Source: Cycas panzhihuaensis
Taxonomy: Eukaryota; Plantae; Cycadophyta
Assembly (NCBI GenBank): GCA_023213395.1
Contig: CM041465.1
Location: 164,555,741 to 164,619,740 of the forward strand
Direction: 5' to 3'
Length of the DNA: 64,000 nucleotides
The notes beneath the pieces are model-generated. The model did no database searches. It worked only from the letters and a program-made list of their open reading frames with translations, and had not been told where the DNA came from. Below, one piece after another: positions 13,401 to 26,472 of this stretch (positions are counted from its first letter, which is position 1; the number at the start of each line of letters is the position of its first letter). The translations under genes and the position numbers were made by a program.

Positions 13401-14589
13401 TTGAGGAGAATGAAAAGAAGCTATGGTGCCTATTCCTGAAATCTCAATTGATTTAGCATTTCCAAAGGTCACTGATTGACCTTTACCTTCCTTGATGTTG
13501 CATAGGAGTTCTTCACTCCCTGTCATATGTCGAGAAGCTCCTGAATCGACAATCCAAGTGTTGTCAATGTTGCATGATTGGTATGCACAAAGTAGTTTGT
13601 CTTCATTGGCAAACTGATTAGAATGGCGTTGGTAGCCACCTCTTTGACCCCCCCCCTCCTCTTGGACCTCCTTGATAGGCACCTCGATTTGGTCGAGGGT
13701 GATTCTGCTGCTGATCTGACTGTTGGAACCTTTGTTGAAACTGATGGCGTGGCTGCTGTTGTCTTTGACCTTGTGGCTGCTGTTGTCTTTGAAGATCTGC
13801 TTGCTTCTTTCTGCAATCGGGTGCAATGTGGCCAGGTTTGCCACAATAATGACATATGACATTGGACTTGAAAGATCCAATGTTCATATTTCCAAACTGC
13901 TTTGTGAATGCAGGTTTGTATTTTTGATTTGTCTTTGCCTTTGCTGTGAAAGCACCTGTTGTAGATGGTTCTTCATTATCCTTAGCATAAATTTGTTCTT
14001 CTTGAAGCAATAAGCTTTCAAGTTGATTGAATGTCATCCCCCTTAGTGAACCATCTCGTGTAGTTGATGATATAAAGCCATTGTAGTCCTTTGGTAAAGC
14101 TTTTGTGATGGAGGCAATGATTTCATCTCTTGTAGCTGGACTACCTAAAGTAGTTAGTTCATTACAAACCTCCTTAATGGAGGACAAGAATGCCGACATT
14201 GGCTTTACAAATTTGATAGAGTACAATTTTGCTTTTATCATCAAAATGCGAGCTTCATCTCGCCTTTCATACAAAGAGGACAATGTGTCCCATGCTTCTT
14301 TAGAAGATTGTGCAGAAGAAATATTTTGGTCTACATTTATGTCCACAACCATACGAATGAATGCCAAAGCAATTTCGTCTTTGGCCTCCCATGCAGCAAG
14401 AAGTCCAACATCCACCGGTGCAGGTTGATTATTATTAACCACAAGTGTAGGATTGGGGATCCTTCCAGAAATATATCCCCAAAATTCATTCATTATCAAG
14501 AGATTCTTTGTGATTCTTTTCCATTCTTGATAATTTGATTGCCCTGTTAGCCTTATGGTACATGCATTAAGCATATGTATGGTAGCCAT
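10450..14589 (-). pseudogene. C1 gag-pol polyprotein, frameshifted in this assembly (possibly intact in vivo)
   Basis: MATIHMLNAC gag, CHYCGKPGHIAPDC, WIVDSGASRHMTG, LVRSDLCGPM, LYGLKQAPRAWY, LYVDDLVITG and SWSCKKQPNVTLSSTEAEY. Confidence 0.93.
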
Positions 14590-16312
14590 CTTTCCACTTG
14601 ATTAACACTTGAAGCTAGCAGATAACTTGGAAACTTCAAAGCTTCGTCGCTTAAGACCCACCCTCAAACAACACCACCAGTCCTGATTTTAGAAGAAAAT
14701 CCAACAACCGATGGGGTGAAGAGAGGTGGAGGACTCTGGCTATTCAGTTGGACCAAGTTAAATCTAGGGCAAGGCAGGTAGGGTTGATCTGCATGGACGT
14801 ACCATGCTTTCCACAGGATTCATGCCCCAATAACACCCTTTTCGAACCTCCTTTCCCTCAAGCAACCTTAATTGTCGTGGCACCGATGCGGTCGGTTGGT
14901 CCCCTAGGGAATGCACCAAGCTTAAGGTTAATTTAGAGGCAAGGTTTGAACCTTTTCGAGCCTCTCTAATGATTTTAAATTCACTTTTAAATAAGTCTAA
15001 GTGAATCTTCTTACTTGGATTTTTATGCCTTTTGGCTTACAAAAATGAGCACAAAACAGATTTCAAGTGCTTTATGATCCAAGTGAGGTGCTATGTATGC
15101 TTGAGTACAATGATAAAGTACTTTGAGTACTTAAAAGAAAATGATGTAAGGAACCTTTGATGATAGCAAAGAGGGTTCCTTTTAACCTTCAAAATCTGAT
15201 GAAGTGATGAAGCCACAAGAAAAGTGTACTCAAGAAATGCTCCAAAGCCAACACAAACTCCACGATGAGTCATGAGACTTAAAATGTCTAACAATCCAAC
15301 AAGAAAAATTGTGATTTTATTAAGTTTCACAATGAACCTTCCTTTTTTGAACTGAAGAAGGCCAAGGTCACCATGCAAGGTGCCAAAACCGGGTTAGGTT
15401 ATAATTTCCTTCACCTTTACAATGTAGTAAGTACAAAAGTACTTTTGAGAATCAAGGCGCCAAAAAAGTTTTAAGTAAGCCCAGCTATAAAGACTTAAAG
15501 TCTTTTAAGATTCCCCCCCTTGAGAAATTAAAAAAAAAATCTCTTAAAACCTTTAAAAAAATGATTCATATGAGCATATTGTTCAAAATATGCTAAGAAG
15601 AGATTGATTTTTAATGCCGCCGATTGGGCGCGATTGATGACTAGCAAGATGTCGACAGGCAATGTCTGCGACTTCAAAGTTGAGTGGCAAGTGATGAAGA
15701 GTGATGAAGAGCCGTGACTCGCCAGCTTGAGTTGGCGATTCGAGTGATGATTAAATGGCAATATTGGTGGCAATGAGAGGACAGATTGAGTCCGAAATGC
15801 CGGACAAGAATGATCAGTCTTGGCAATTGAGCCGTGGTGCTTGAAATGAGTTGGACTGATTTGGCATACCGAGTGCCGACTCAAGATCTTGAGGCCGATC
15901 GGGTGAGAGAGCGATTGGCCGAAATGGCCGAGCCGAAATGGTACCGGATCTTGATTTGGTGGCATGTAACTGTGTTGTGATGCTTAGTGGCAGTGAGAGC
16001 AATGGTTGAGTCTTGACTCAAAGACCTGTGAGTTGGCGATTCTAGGCACAGGCGATCTTGTTGTGCATGTGATGATGTGGCACTTTGAGTCTTGAGATGG
16101 CGAGAGCTTCTTGACTTGGCGATGCCTTGAGCCGGAGTCAAGACTGATTTCCTCAATGCTGAGTTGAGCTTGGACAGCCTGCTGAGTTGGTGTACAGAAA
16201 TGGGCTTCTTCAAGTGCAGGGACAGAGGATGTCCAGTGCACAGATTTGAAAAACAAAAGACAAGTATAACAAACTAACAGTGCTTAAACAAACTAAGTTC
16301 AGAGACCTTTCA

Positions 16313-16324
16313 GCTCTGATACCA
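16313..16324 (-). promoter_or_regulatory. C1 primer-binding site (tRNA-iMet)
   Basis: TGGTATCAGAGC, 2 nt after the 5' LTR end. Confidence 0.95.
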
Positions 16325-16326
16325 AA

Positions 16327-16850
16327 TGTGAAAAGAGGGCATTAGGCCACATTAGTCCCAAGATCATAAGTACAAGCACAATACTACAAATGCATGAAAG
16401 CATGAAACATAAAGAACACAAAGAGAAATAGGAGCAAGAGAAAATGATACCCAATATGTGGAGTTGGAATTGGTCCAACCTCCCAAGAAGAAACAGTTTG
16501 ATTAGCAAACTGATAGCATAACAATGCAACTCCAACTCTTATGTGAAACAATGAGGAGAGGTCTCATTATATAGGGTGAAATGAGAGACCTAAGGCCTTG
16601 GATGTTTGACAAGTGTCAAACATCCAAGATACATGTCTTGCATGTTGGACATGTGTCCTTTTGGGCTCTCATGTGAGCAAAAAGTGCATGAGGGTCCATT
16701 TGACCCTTTAGTGACAACGTTGTGTCACTAGAAAGAATGTGGGTGTGCACTTTATCACTTAAGTGATAAGTCACCCCTAAAGTAAAAAGTGCATATATTA
16801 CATGAAAAATAAAAGTACATTAACTTAACATTTAAACATAAGGTTTAACA
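16327..16850 (-). repeat. C1 5' LTR
   Basis: About 5 substitutions plus small indels versus 9921-10438 (counted by eye). Confidence 0.95.
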
Positions 16851-16855
16851 AGAAG

Positions 16856-19800
16856 AACCAACAAAAATGGCTAATTCACATGAATATGAACCCAATTATT
16901 TTGGGGAATTGCATGTTGATAGTTCCTCAGACAAAGAAGGGACAAAAAGATTTGCAAATTACTAGATGCAGAGTCTTATGAAGTTAACCCTCCAACCTTC
17001 CAATGTAGCTTACTTTCTATATGTACTTCTAATGACATGAGTAATAAAATTGATAATTCTAAGTATATTGGTGTTTTGTGTAGTGATAGTATAGTAAATA
17101 TGGTAGAAAATGGATGCATGGATGGTAGTTCCTTAACTAGTTTAAAAGTGGTAGAGTCAAAATCACTATCCCTAGATTCCAACCCTAGCCCCAACCCCAA
17201 CCCTAATCTTAATTTTGATCCCAACCTTCCTTCCACTCCAAGTGTGGGTTTCAAGGTAAAATTCCCTTCCCAAACCCTACCCTACCTCGAGGGAGAGAGT
17301 AGCAACTCTTCCTCATTCTCTCTATAGATACATCCACCCAATGACCAACCTTTCCCATCAGGAAATAGTATCCCCAAAAGTGGTGGGTCCATGACAAGGG
17401 AAGATGGATCTACTAAGAGCATCCCAAGAGATTTTTGTCTAGGAGATAGGATAACTATCCCCAAAGATAGGAAATTCGGTCCCTTCATTAGAGACCAAGT
17501 GACTCCATTCTTCGGAAAGAAATTGTATGGTACAACCCATTTAATTCAATGCATGGAGTATTGGATCAAGAAAAGAATAGTTGACAAATCATGCTGGGAT
17601 TTAGATTTTGTATTAACCTTACAAGGACCTATCTAGCATTGGTATTTAGCCCACCAAGCCTCTTTTCGTAATTGGGTGGATATCCGAACATTCTTCCGAT
17701 TACGGTTTGACCCCGTAGAAAAACTAAGCATTCCACCATTTTTGGTAGGAGATTGCCCTATAAAACACATTCAAAAGTTCAAAAACTTTTAGGTATCTCA
17801 AAGTTATGATAAACACAACTAGAGTCATTTTTTCTATCATTACCTAGGGAGATTAGGAAAATAATGGTTACTCGGTAAGGAGAAAAACCAAGAAGCCTGT
17901 TAGCATAACTTGAACAATTATGTTATTAGAACATTCTTACATTCATCCCATGACAAAACCATTGATAGGGTACTAAAACAAATTAGGAGATTAAGTACGG
18001 AAGTGGAACAACCAAAATTCATATCATTAGTAAGAACTACAAAAAGTAGGGCAAATGAAGAATAGGAGGAAAAACTCATAATTTTCCTCAAGAGTATACT
18101 AAGTTACAATACGACAATCAAATATTGAAAACACCCCAGCTCATTAGGTTACATAAGATAATAAGGTAGGATTAGAAAAAATAAAGACAACTACGATTAA
18201 TTTAGGAGATAAAGAAAATCGTTGTAATATCACTATTGAAAACTATTGGGATGACAAAACAATGGCCAAGGCACAAGCATTTTTGAAGAATTCAAGGACA
18301 TATTTGCTTAGTTCTATAAAGACATAAAGAGCATCCTTTCGAAGATTAGGATGCACCACATTGACCTAATTGAAGGAGCCAAGCCAGTGAAACAAAGGCC
18401 TTATCACGTGAATCCAAAGTATGAGGAGAAAATGAAAGTAGAACTAGATAAGATGTTAGAAGCACATTACATCTACGAGATTGACTATGGTGATTGGGTA
18501 AGCCCAATGGTAGTAGTGCCCAAAAAGAATGGAAATTTTAGAGTATGTGTAGATTACAAACAACTGAATAAGTAATAAAAAAGCACCCATTCTCGATTCC
18601 CTTTATGGAGGATATGTTAAAGATGGTAGAGGGCAAAGAAGTTTATTCCTTCATAGATGGATTAAGTGGATATGATCAAGTTCAAATTGCTCTCAAGGAC
18701 CAAGCCAAGACTATCTTTGTAACAGAATGGGGAACATATGCCTATAGAGTCATGCCTTTGGGCTACCCAATGTGCAAGCCACACTCCAACGCATTGTGAT
18801 TAACATTTTCAAAAGGATGATAGGAGAGGAAGTAGCCATATTTTTGGATGTTTGGATTCTATACGGCATAATGAAAAATCACATGGACAATTTCAAGGAA
18901 ATGTTGTAAACTTGCAAAGAAAGCAACCTTTGCTTAAATTCAAAGAAATGTACTTTTTTGGTCCCATTTGAAAACTTGTTGTGCCGCATTGTAAGCAAAG
19001 AAGGATTATTAACAGACCCCACAAAAGTATTTGCAATTTTGCATCTTCCAGTCCCACTATCACAAAAGCATTTGAGAGGACTCTTGGGATTAACTAGCTA
19101 CTACAAAAGAATAATCAAAGGATATGCACGTATATCGAGACCCCTAGAGGAATTATCGAGAAAGGACATTGAATGGGAATGTGGGGAAGAACAAGAAGAA
19201 GCATTTTGAGTCTTTAAATAGAGCAATAACATCAACACCTATTTTTCGATTTCTTGATTGGGACAAAATCTTCCATGTGCATATTGATCCATCATAGTAT
19301 ACCATTAGGTGTGTACTTGCCCAACTAGGGGAAACCAACATCAACCATCCTATCTACTTTGCCAGTTGGAAATTGACTAAGAGCGAACAAAACTATGCTA
19401 CAACTAAAAGCGAAAACCTTGGAATGGTATATGCTTTACAAAAATTTTGACACTACCTACTATCAAATCCAGTCATCTTCTATGTGGATCATCAGGAATT
19501 GATGTACCTCATGAATAAGGCTATATTAAAAGGAAGAATTAGTAGATGGATTATGTTGATTCAGGAATTCACTTTTAAAATTATGGTCAAACCTGGGAAA
19601 GTACATATGATACCTAATCAGTTATCCAAGATCAATAATGGGGAGGAAGCCACAAGAGTAATTGATGAGTTTCCAAATATAACTCTTCAGTGTTGAATCA
19701 ATTCCAACAAAATCGTATGAAGGAATTCCAAAGCATCTGATGACAGGTGAATTACCATCAGACCTGGACAAAATAGAAAGAAGACATTTAGTTCATAAGA

Positions 19801-20960
19801 TAGAACCATATCAATTGATTCAAGGTGAATTATATCGCCTAGGACCAAATGAGTTGATCCAACATTGTGTCAAGCCATATGAAACTAAGCAGATAATAAT
19901 CTAGGCACATGAAGGTGTGGCTAGAGGGCATACAGGCAAGTCGACAACTTAGAGGAAAGTGCTATCATTAGGATTTTGGTGGCTGGCCATGTTTGAAGAT
20001 ATAAGAAATTGGACCAAGAAATGTAACTATTGTCAACAAGTTAGAAAGCCAAGTCACTAGGACTTTCAACCTCTCAACCCAATCTTACCTTTGGCACCAT
20101 TTAAGAAATGGGGCCTTGACTTCATTAGGCCTATCAACCCAGTAGCACAATGATCCCATACTTGCTATATCTTGGTAGCTACAAATTATTTGACAAGTGG
20201 GTAGGAGCAAGGCCGTTAAGGAAAGCAAATTCTGACAACACAACCAAATTTCTATACCAGGTGATTATTACATAATACAGGTGGTCATTGGAGATAGTGA
20301 GCAATTAGGGGTCATATTTTTTTAATCAAGTAATGAAGGAATTAACATCTAAGTTTCTAATCAATCATTGGACATTGATGCCCTATTATCCCAAAGTGAA
20401 TGGGCACGCAAAAAGTTCAAATAAAATCATTGAAAATTGTCTATGAAAATTTTGTGATGCGGGTTGAATAGATTGGGCGAAAAAGTTGTCGTCAATATTA
20501 TGGGCTTTTCACACAATATACAAAAGAGCAACTAGAGAGATGCCATTCCAATTGGTTTATGGAATGGAGTCCATCATTTTGATAGAATTTGGGATTCCAA
20601 ATCCAAGAGTCATCATGGCTTGTAGACTTGATCATTTTGATTCCCTACAAGAGAGGTTACAACAATTGTTGCAACTAGAGGAAACAAGGCATAGAGCAAA
20701 GTGGTTGCAAAATGTTGAAAAGATGTGATAGAAGATGTAGCATGACCGCCACCTAAAAGCACCCCAATTTTAGGAAGGTGACCAAGTATTGTTGCATGAC
20801 AACAAATTTCGTACACACCCAGGGAAGTTAAAATTATGATGGCACAGTCCATACATCATTGACAAGATTTTTGACAATGGTTTAGTAAGATTGAAGGAGA
20901 TTGATGGGTTGCAACTACTAACCTTGATCAACAATGGTCAATTGAAAACCTACCATAGGT
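16856..20960 (+). pseudogene. Gypsy 1 pol remainder: P/N-rich linker, two capsid-like modules, RT, RNase H, integrase
   Basis: MHHIDLIEGAKPVKQRPY, FLD at the active-site position, DHQELMYLMNK..KGRISRWIMLIQEF, KWGLDFIRPI, ILWAFHTIYK...PFQLVYG. Confidence 0.9.
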
Positions 20961-21239
20961 AGGGTGTAATCATCTTACCAATGAAATCAATTAATTGCAC
21001 CATATTGTGTTGCTTGAAGTTGGAGACAATCAAGGTTGTCTTAGTGCCAAAACGTGATTCAAGTTTGGAACGTGAACAGAAAATACAAAAATAATAGAAA
21101 AATGGAAAAAATAATCGTAACTCCAATCATACACTTAAGCAAAATCTCCATGCACCAACATTTAATTAGAAAGAAAAAAATAAGAGAAATAAGAAAATAA
21201 AGAATGGAAGAATAGTGATGTAAAAAGAAAAAGGATCTA

Positions 21240-21266
21240 TATCTATATCTATATATATATATATAT
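21240..21266. repeat. (ATCTAT)n/(AT)n microsatellite in the pol-to-extra-ORF spacer
   Basis: Directly visible. Confidence 0.8.
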
Positions 21267-21739
21267 GAAAAATAAAGAAAAGAAGGAAAAAAGATATTAT
21301 TATTAAAAAATTAAAAATAAAAAGAAAAGGGAAAAAAAAGACGAATTTTAAGTATACATTCCACATAAATACATTATATGTTCCGAAATGGAATGGTACC
21401 AGGAATGCATATACCAGTTGGGTGCAAAGTAAAGAAATATACAATGTATTCCTGTAAGCATTCCAATGGGAAAGCACAATAGAATGCACATGAATGAAAG
21501 CACTAAGTCACCAAATTTTTGCCTCATTCTCGACAAAGAGAAGTTATAAAGTGATAAGAATTGTTGTGAGCAAGCATTCCAACTATAGTGACAACCAGTC
21601 TAGCATTAAAATCACCACAAATTTCCATGTTGACTGCACGGAACATATCTCAGGTTTTTTTCCACATAAACAACCCTAGTTTCTACACTTTCTCTTGTTA
21701 GTGTTAGGTATTCCTTCCTATTTTTCCATTTCGTCCAAA

Positions 21740-23297
21740 ATGAGGATTGCAGGGTGTTAGGAGAATTATTTGCCAAAGTTGAATGCAAAGTTGGAAGGGT
21801 TACCAGCCCTATTTAAAGCCAAGATCCAACAAACAGGGAGGGGAGAATAGATACACTTGGCTCCATTGTATTAGAACCTAGAGTTGATGGAGCAAATCCT
21901 GTTGGAGTTAAAAAAGAATGTGGGACACATTCAATTGGATGCAGATATTATCCATACTGTCACAGGACTTCCCAAGGAGGGGAATGTCCTAGTCACTACC
22001 AAAATATTGAGAGGTTGACCATGAGACATGGGTGAGGGAGATGTGTGAGAACACTCAAATATTCTCCATTGGAATCAGAGCTGTGGATATTAGGGTTATT
22101 AGATTGCAGTGGGTGGCAAAGGTGGTCGTTGTTAAAAAATTAATCCATAGGATATTGTTGCCCAAGAACTGGTTGGTATTGTGAGGTACATCTCAATAGA
22201 ATTAAAAGAGAATATTACAAAATGTAAATGTACATACCTCAATTTAAGTTATCACAAGTTATTTTGTAACCACCTTATACATCAATTTCAGTTATCATAG
22301 GCTATTTTGTAACCGCCTTAGTCGTGTTAGATATGTCATATGCCTGTAACGTCTAGGTCAACTCGCAGACAATTAAGTTAAGTCTATTCATCGATGAAGG
22401 CTTATCGACATAAGCTATTTACACTACACAACTTTACATTAAGTCGACACCTATCATGTTGACACTGATCATTCTTATGTTTTTGACAGACTGACCAAAC
22501 TTCTTATTAACATCATGACTCAACTTCCTTGTATCGACAAATTGACCAAACTTATCATAGATAAAACATTATTCTAATAGTCCCCACTCGGTTTTGTCAA
22601 AACATAAATACACATACATTCCAAGGGGAATGATGTCAGTGTTGCCATAGATCCAAGATGGAGTTTAGCATAACTAGTCAAAGTTCTTGGCAACAAACAA
22701 GAAACAACAAGTGAAGGAGATCAACATTCATCCCTTTAGGCATCCCTCATTATTATTGGCCATCTTATTACATGAATGTCCGAGAACACAATTTCCATGC
22801 CAACCAATTTGGCCACATGAACCATTGATCAAACAAATGGGTGGAGGTATTTCCGGAAAATACTCAAGATGTGGAGGTTAAAGGAAAGTAAAAAAGGAGA
22901 TGGGAATGATATTAAATTGGTTGCAACAAGTGCCAAGTAGCCTTATTCGCCACTGCACCAAACAGGTGGTGAAGAAAAGCCCCAAATGATAGCGAGAGGA
23001 AGTAATGGAAGAGGAAGAAGTGGAGTCAAAGCCCTCGTTGTAGGAGTGGGGACCAGTCAAAGAAGAGTTCCTTCCTATCACTGAACTAGGGGAGACATCC
23101 TCACCACAACCAACATCTGTGGAGGGGAAGAGCCAACAAACTATTTGAATGGTGGAGGAGATGGGAGGAAGTTACAAAGCAGAAATTTCCATTTTGAAAG
23201 AAAAATTAAAGGAAAGGATGTAATTATAGCCATCGTCACCCAAATCAACGAAGACATACTAAAGGCAAGTGAAGCTACAATAGATTTAAGGCAGTAA
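21740..23297 (+). pseudogene. Gypsy 1 3' extra ORF, PMD/ATHILA-ORF-like with a C-terminal coiled coil, interrupted at about 22200-22620
   Basis: LEGLPALFKAKIQ...ELMEQILLELKK...IQLDADIIHTVTGLPKEGNV and HPFRHPSLLLAILLHEC...PHEPLIKQ. Homologous to 36380-37470 and 60592-60860. Confidence 0.75.
22325..22589 (-). mobile_element. Short LTR with adjacent PPT from an unrelated element, inside the extra ORF
   Basis: Terminal inverted ends TGTTAGA...TCTAATA (22325-22579) followed by GTCCCCACTC (PPT GAGTGGGGAC on minus). Preceded by a ~45-bp tandem duplication at about 22234-22319. Confidence 0.55.
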
Positions 23298-23396
23298 GAA
23301 TAGCCTTGATATAAAGTGGGGGAGAAGTAAAATAAAAAATTTTGAAATTTTGAATTAAACAAGGATGTTCAACCCTTTTTGTTGACTTGGAATAGA

Positions 23397-23989
23397 TGTT
23401 GGGATGAAATCTGGTACCTAGGTGATATTGGACAATGGAAGCATAAGAATTCATGTTTATCTTAACCTAAGGAATGCAGGAACACATCAATAGAGGGACG
23501 TATGATGGAATACATGCCAAAAAGCAGTGAAAAAGGCCAAAACAAAGCTCTCAAGGAACACATAATGGGTTGCATTTTGGAATAGAACACAACACAGTCC
23601 AAAACACATAGTAAGGAATGTATGGAATGCATACTCGGATCGAAGCCATACATTCTAGTGATACTGACGTCAACCTTAGGGATCCATTCATATGATTAGA
23701 AAAAGGTGTTAAGAGGCATAATGAATGTGTATTAAGTGGAAAGGTGTAATTTGTCATAAAAAGGTACAGTTATGACCAAACGTCACAATTGTTCCTTGCA
23801 AGGGCATGCATAGTGTGTTCATTGCTCAATTGACCACCATTTTGGTGTGAGTCGAGTATTTTGGATTGTATGTCATGTTTTGTACATGACACATATGAAA
23901 TGGTTCCCAAAAGTGATGTAAAATCAATGGATATTGATACTGTTTAATGAAATAACGAGTTAGTTGGAAAAACTGTGTATCTTGTGCAT
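23397..23989 (+). repeat. 3' LTR of Gypsy element 1, truncated
   Basis: Colinear with 5858-~6463, with many transitions. Preceded by GGAATAGA. Confidence 0.85.
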
Positions 23990-23990
23990 G

Positions 23991-24790
23991 TGTCATCAAT
24001 TAAGTGATGACCCTATGTCTCACCAAAACACCCAAACATGCCTATTAAGACTTATAACTTTAAGTTCTAATCCAAATAGAGTAAACATTAATTCTAACAC
24101 TCCCCTTTAATGATTATATCATTAACTTTTATGCCGATATAAAATCTGAATTTACCAAATTTGTATTTAGACAATGGTTTGGTGATGATAGTCGCTAACT
24201 ACTCTTCTATAGGGTTGTACATCAACTCGACCTCCCTGTGTTGGATCTTTCCCAGATGAAATGATGGTGCACCTCAATATGTTTAGTGTGAGCATAGAAC
24301 ATTAGATTCTTGACAATCTTCAAAGTACTTTGATTGCCATTATATAGTATAGTTGCCTCATCCTGATGAAGTCTTAAGTATCTAAAGACTTGTATTAACC
24401 AAGTGGCCTCACAAGTTGTTGCAACTGTAATATGTGCTTTGCTTCAATGGATGACAACACAATGTTCAACTACTTCTTGCCACTCCAAATGACTACAATA
24501 GATCCCAAATTGAAGCAATATCCTAAACTGGACCTCTTACGACTAGCATATCTGCCCCAATTAGAATCTGAATAACCCTCTAACCTAAAATTGTCATTTT
24601 GGCTAAACTCCAATCCATGGCGCAGAATTCCCTACAAATACCTAAGGTTCCTCTTTGCAACTTTCCAATGGCTCTACTTTGGCTCTAGCATAATCCTCAA
24701 ACCATCCCAACTACAAATGTAATATTAGGCCTAATTGTAATCACATAAATTAGACTACTAACCAACTGCTTATACAGAGTGCCATCGTCA
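23991..24790 (-). mobile_element. Copia 3' fragment (RT C-terminus, RNase H, PPT, partial 3' LTR)
   Basis: Minus strand reads LYKQLVSSLIY, YSDSNWGRY and YAHTKHIEVHHHF. PPT TAAAGGGGAG then TGTTAGAAT at 24099. Confidence 0.85.
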
Positions 24791-26387
24791 AAAGATGAAC
24801 ATAGGTGGTGCCATTAGATTGAAGGTGATCCACATACTGACAATATGCTGCAACTCACACACAAATGCCAAATTGAATGCCATGTGCACAGCATGCATAC
24901 CTAATATTTGTTTTCCCTTAAATTCTTCCTAAGGTTTTCAAACGAATAAGAATTAGAATATTTCAATTCAAAATTCAATTATTCTTTTTTCTAGTTGAAA
25001 AACAACACTATAGTAAAGGAGGTAAAGTGTTTTATGAAAGAGGTTATTTTCCATGCATTTTGCACCAATAGGACATTTTTATCTTTTTCTTTGTTCCTTG
25101 GCACAGTTCAAGAGTCCTCTACCGCTCGCATCTCTTGTTCATCCATCAAGCTCTTCAACGCCTTTTGCCTTATTGCTCATTTTCAAGTTAGTTTATTTTT
25201 TTTTTCTTTTCTTTTTCTTTATTTCAATTTTGACACTTTTTTAAACTAGAAAATAATTTAAAAAATAAAAGAAATGGGGAAACCAAAATTGAGACATATT
25301 TTTATTTTCTAGTACCCACTCACCTATGGGGGTGCTACAAATTTCTAATACTTGACATTTCTTGGAATTATTGTCCATCTTGTGCCTAGGGCCAAGTTTC
25401 TTGAGTCATTACCCAAGGACTCTAGAGTTCCTCAAAGTGCATGCTCACAAGGAAAGTAAACCTCGATGGGTTTGCCATTGCACTTTCCTAGTGTAAATGG
25501 TCAATTTCTTGCCATAGAAAAAGGCCAATCTCGTGCTTTTGACAACCTCTATAACTTCTTTGCCTAGGCCTACCCCTAGGTCTAAGTACCCAATCTTGAA
25601 AAAAAACACCACCATATCGCCCTATCGCCACACTTCCCTAGAGCACTTAGAGGAGGAAACTTCTAACCAATAGACCGATCCCATTAGCAAACTAGTTTAG
25701 GGGCTTAGAGAGAAGCACAGAGTAGACCAAGCTTATCAAGCACAGATGATGGTGCTACTCTAGTAGATGATAGCTTAAAACCTTGCAATGCAATAGACCT
25801 TAGAGGCCTAGTTCACATGCCAACCACAAATTACGTAAGAGTGGTAGATTATCCTAGCCACCATCCACATGTTAGAGTAGGCTTAATTTTGGTGACAAAA
25901 GTAGGTACAAACCATGGTAGTTGCCCATCAACCACCAATCACTCAATAGGGCACATTAAGACAAGTGATCACATACAAGTTCTACTTCCCAAGTTACACA
26001 ACTAACCTCAAAAAGAAATGGCTTCACCTCAAACAAGAACTGGGGTAATCTAGCCAATAGTACGTTGATGCCCTCTACAAGATGTCCATCATTCCCATCA
26101 TCACTGATGACAAGAAAACAAGACTGCTCAAATTCGTAAGAGTAGTCTTCCCATACTTGTAGCAAGAACTTGAGTTACTAGATGTCACCAACCTAGACAA
26201 AGCTTGCAAGTTTGCTCTAGTAGCGGAATTATAAAGTGGCTCAAGTTTAGTTAGTTGAGTTAGGAAAAGTTTAGTTGAATTTGTTAACTAAGTCAATCAA
26301 TTGTTAAAATAATTTTTAGTTTTTCAAGTTATTGAACTGTGCTCATCTTAAATAGAGAGGATTACAACTACTGTACAAGATGGATTG

Positions 26388-26472
26388 AATGATTGATTAG
26401 TCCACTTGGAGATAATCAAAGAAATTTGTTCAACATTTCACCTCTTTAACAATCCCTCTCTACTTTTATCTT
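26388..26472 (+). repeat. Dispersed repeat (LTR-like segment), second copy at about 29334-29420
   Basis: Shared AATGATTGA...GAGATAAT...TTCAACAT...CTCTTTAACAATCCCTCTC. Confidence 0.55.

Larger units (their letters stand above)
9921..16850 (-). mobile_element. Young full-length Ty1/Copia element C1 (6930 bp), TSD AGAAG
   Basis: Near-identical LTRs 9921-10438 and 16327-16850. AGAAG at 9916-9920 and 16851-16855. iMet PBS and PPT present. Order gag-PR-INT-RT-RH. Confidence 0.97.
5858..23989 (+). mobile_element. Athila-like (non-chromovirus) Ty3/Gypsy element 1, old, with nested insertions; 3' LTR truncated
   Basis: Related LTRs start TGTTGGG at 5858 and 23397. Order gag-PR-RT-RH-INT-extra ORF. 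RT motifs KPVKQRPY, WVSPMVVVPKKNG, WGTYAYRVMP. No additional RNase H or chromodomain seen. Confidence 0.9.

Noticed and set aside
15528-16256. Protein-coding ORFs in the Copia leader (145, 110 and 90 aa)
   Set aside because: Not conserved in the sister copy, and explained by repeat-rich, stop-poor sequence.
21166-21536. Hydrophobic F/I/L-rich ORFs here and at 37541-38104
   Set aside because: Translations of A/T-run spacer DNA between pol and the extra ORF, not conserved as protein between copies.
21740-23297. env gene
   Set aside because: No signal peptide or transmembrane segment is apparent, and the motifs fit PMD/ATHILA-like soluble domains better.
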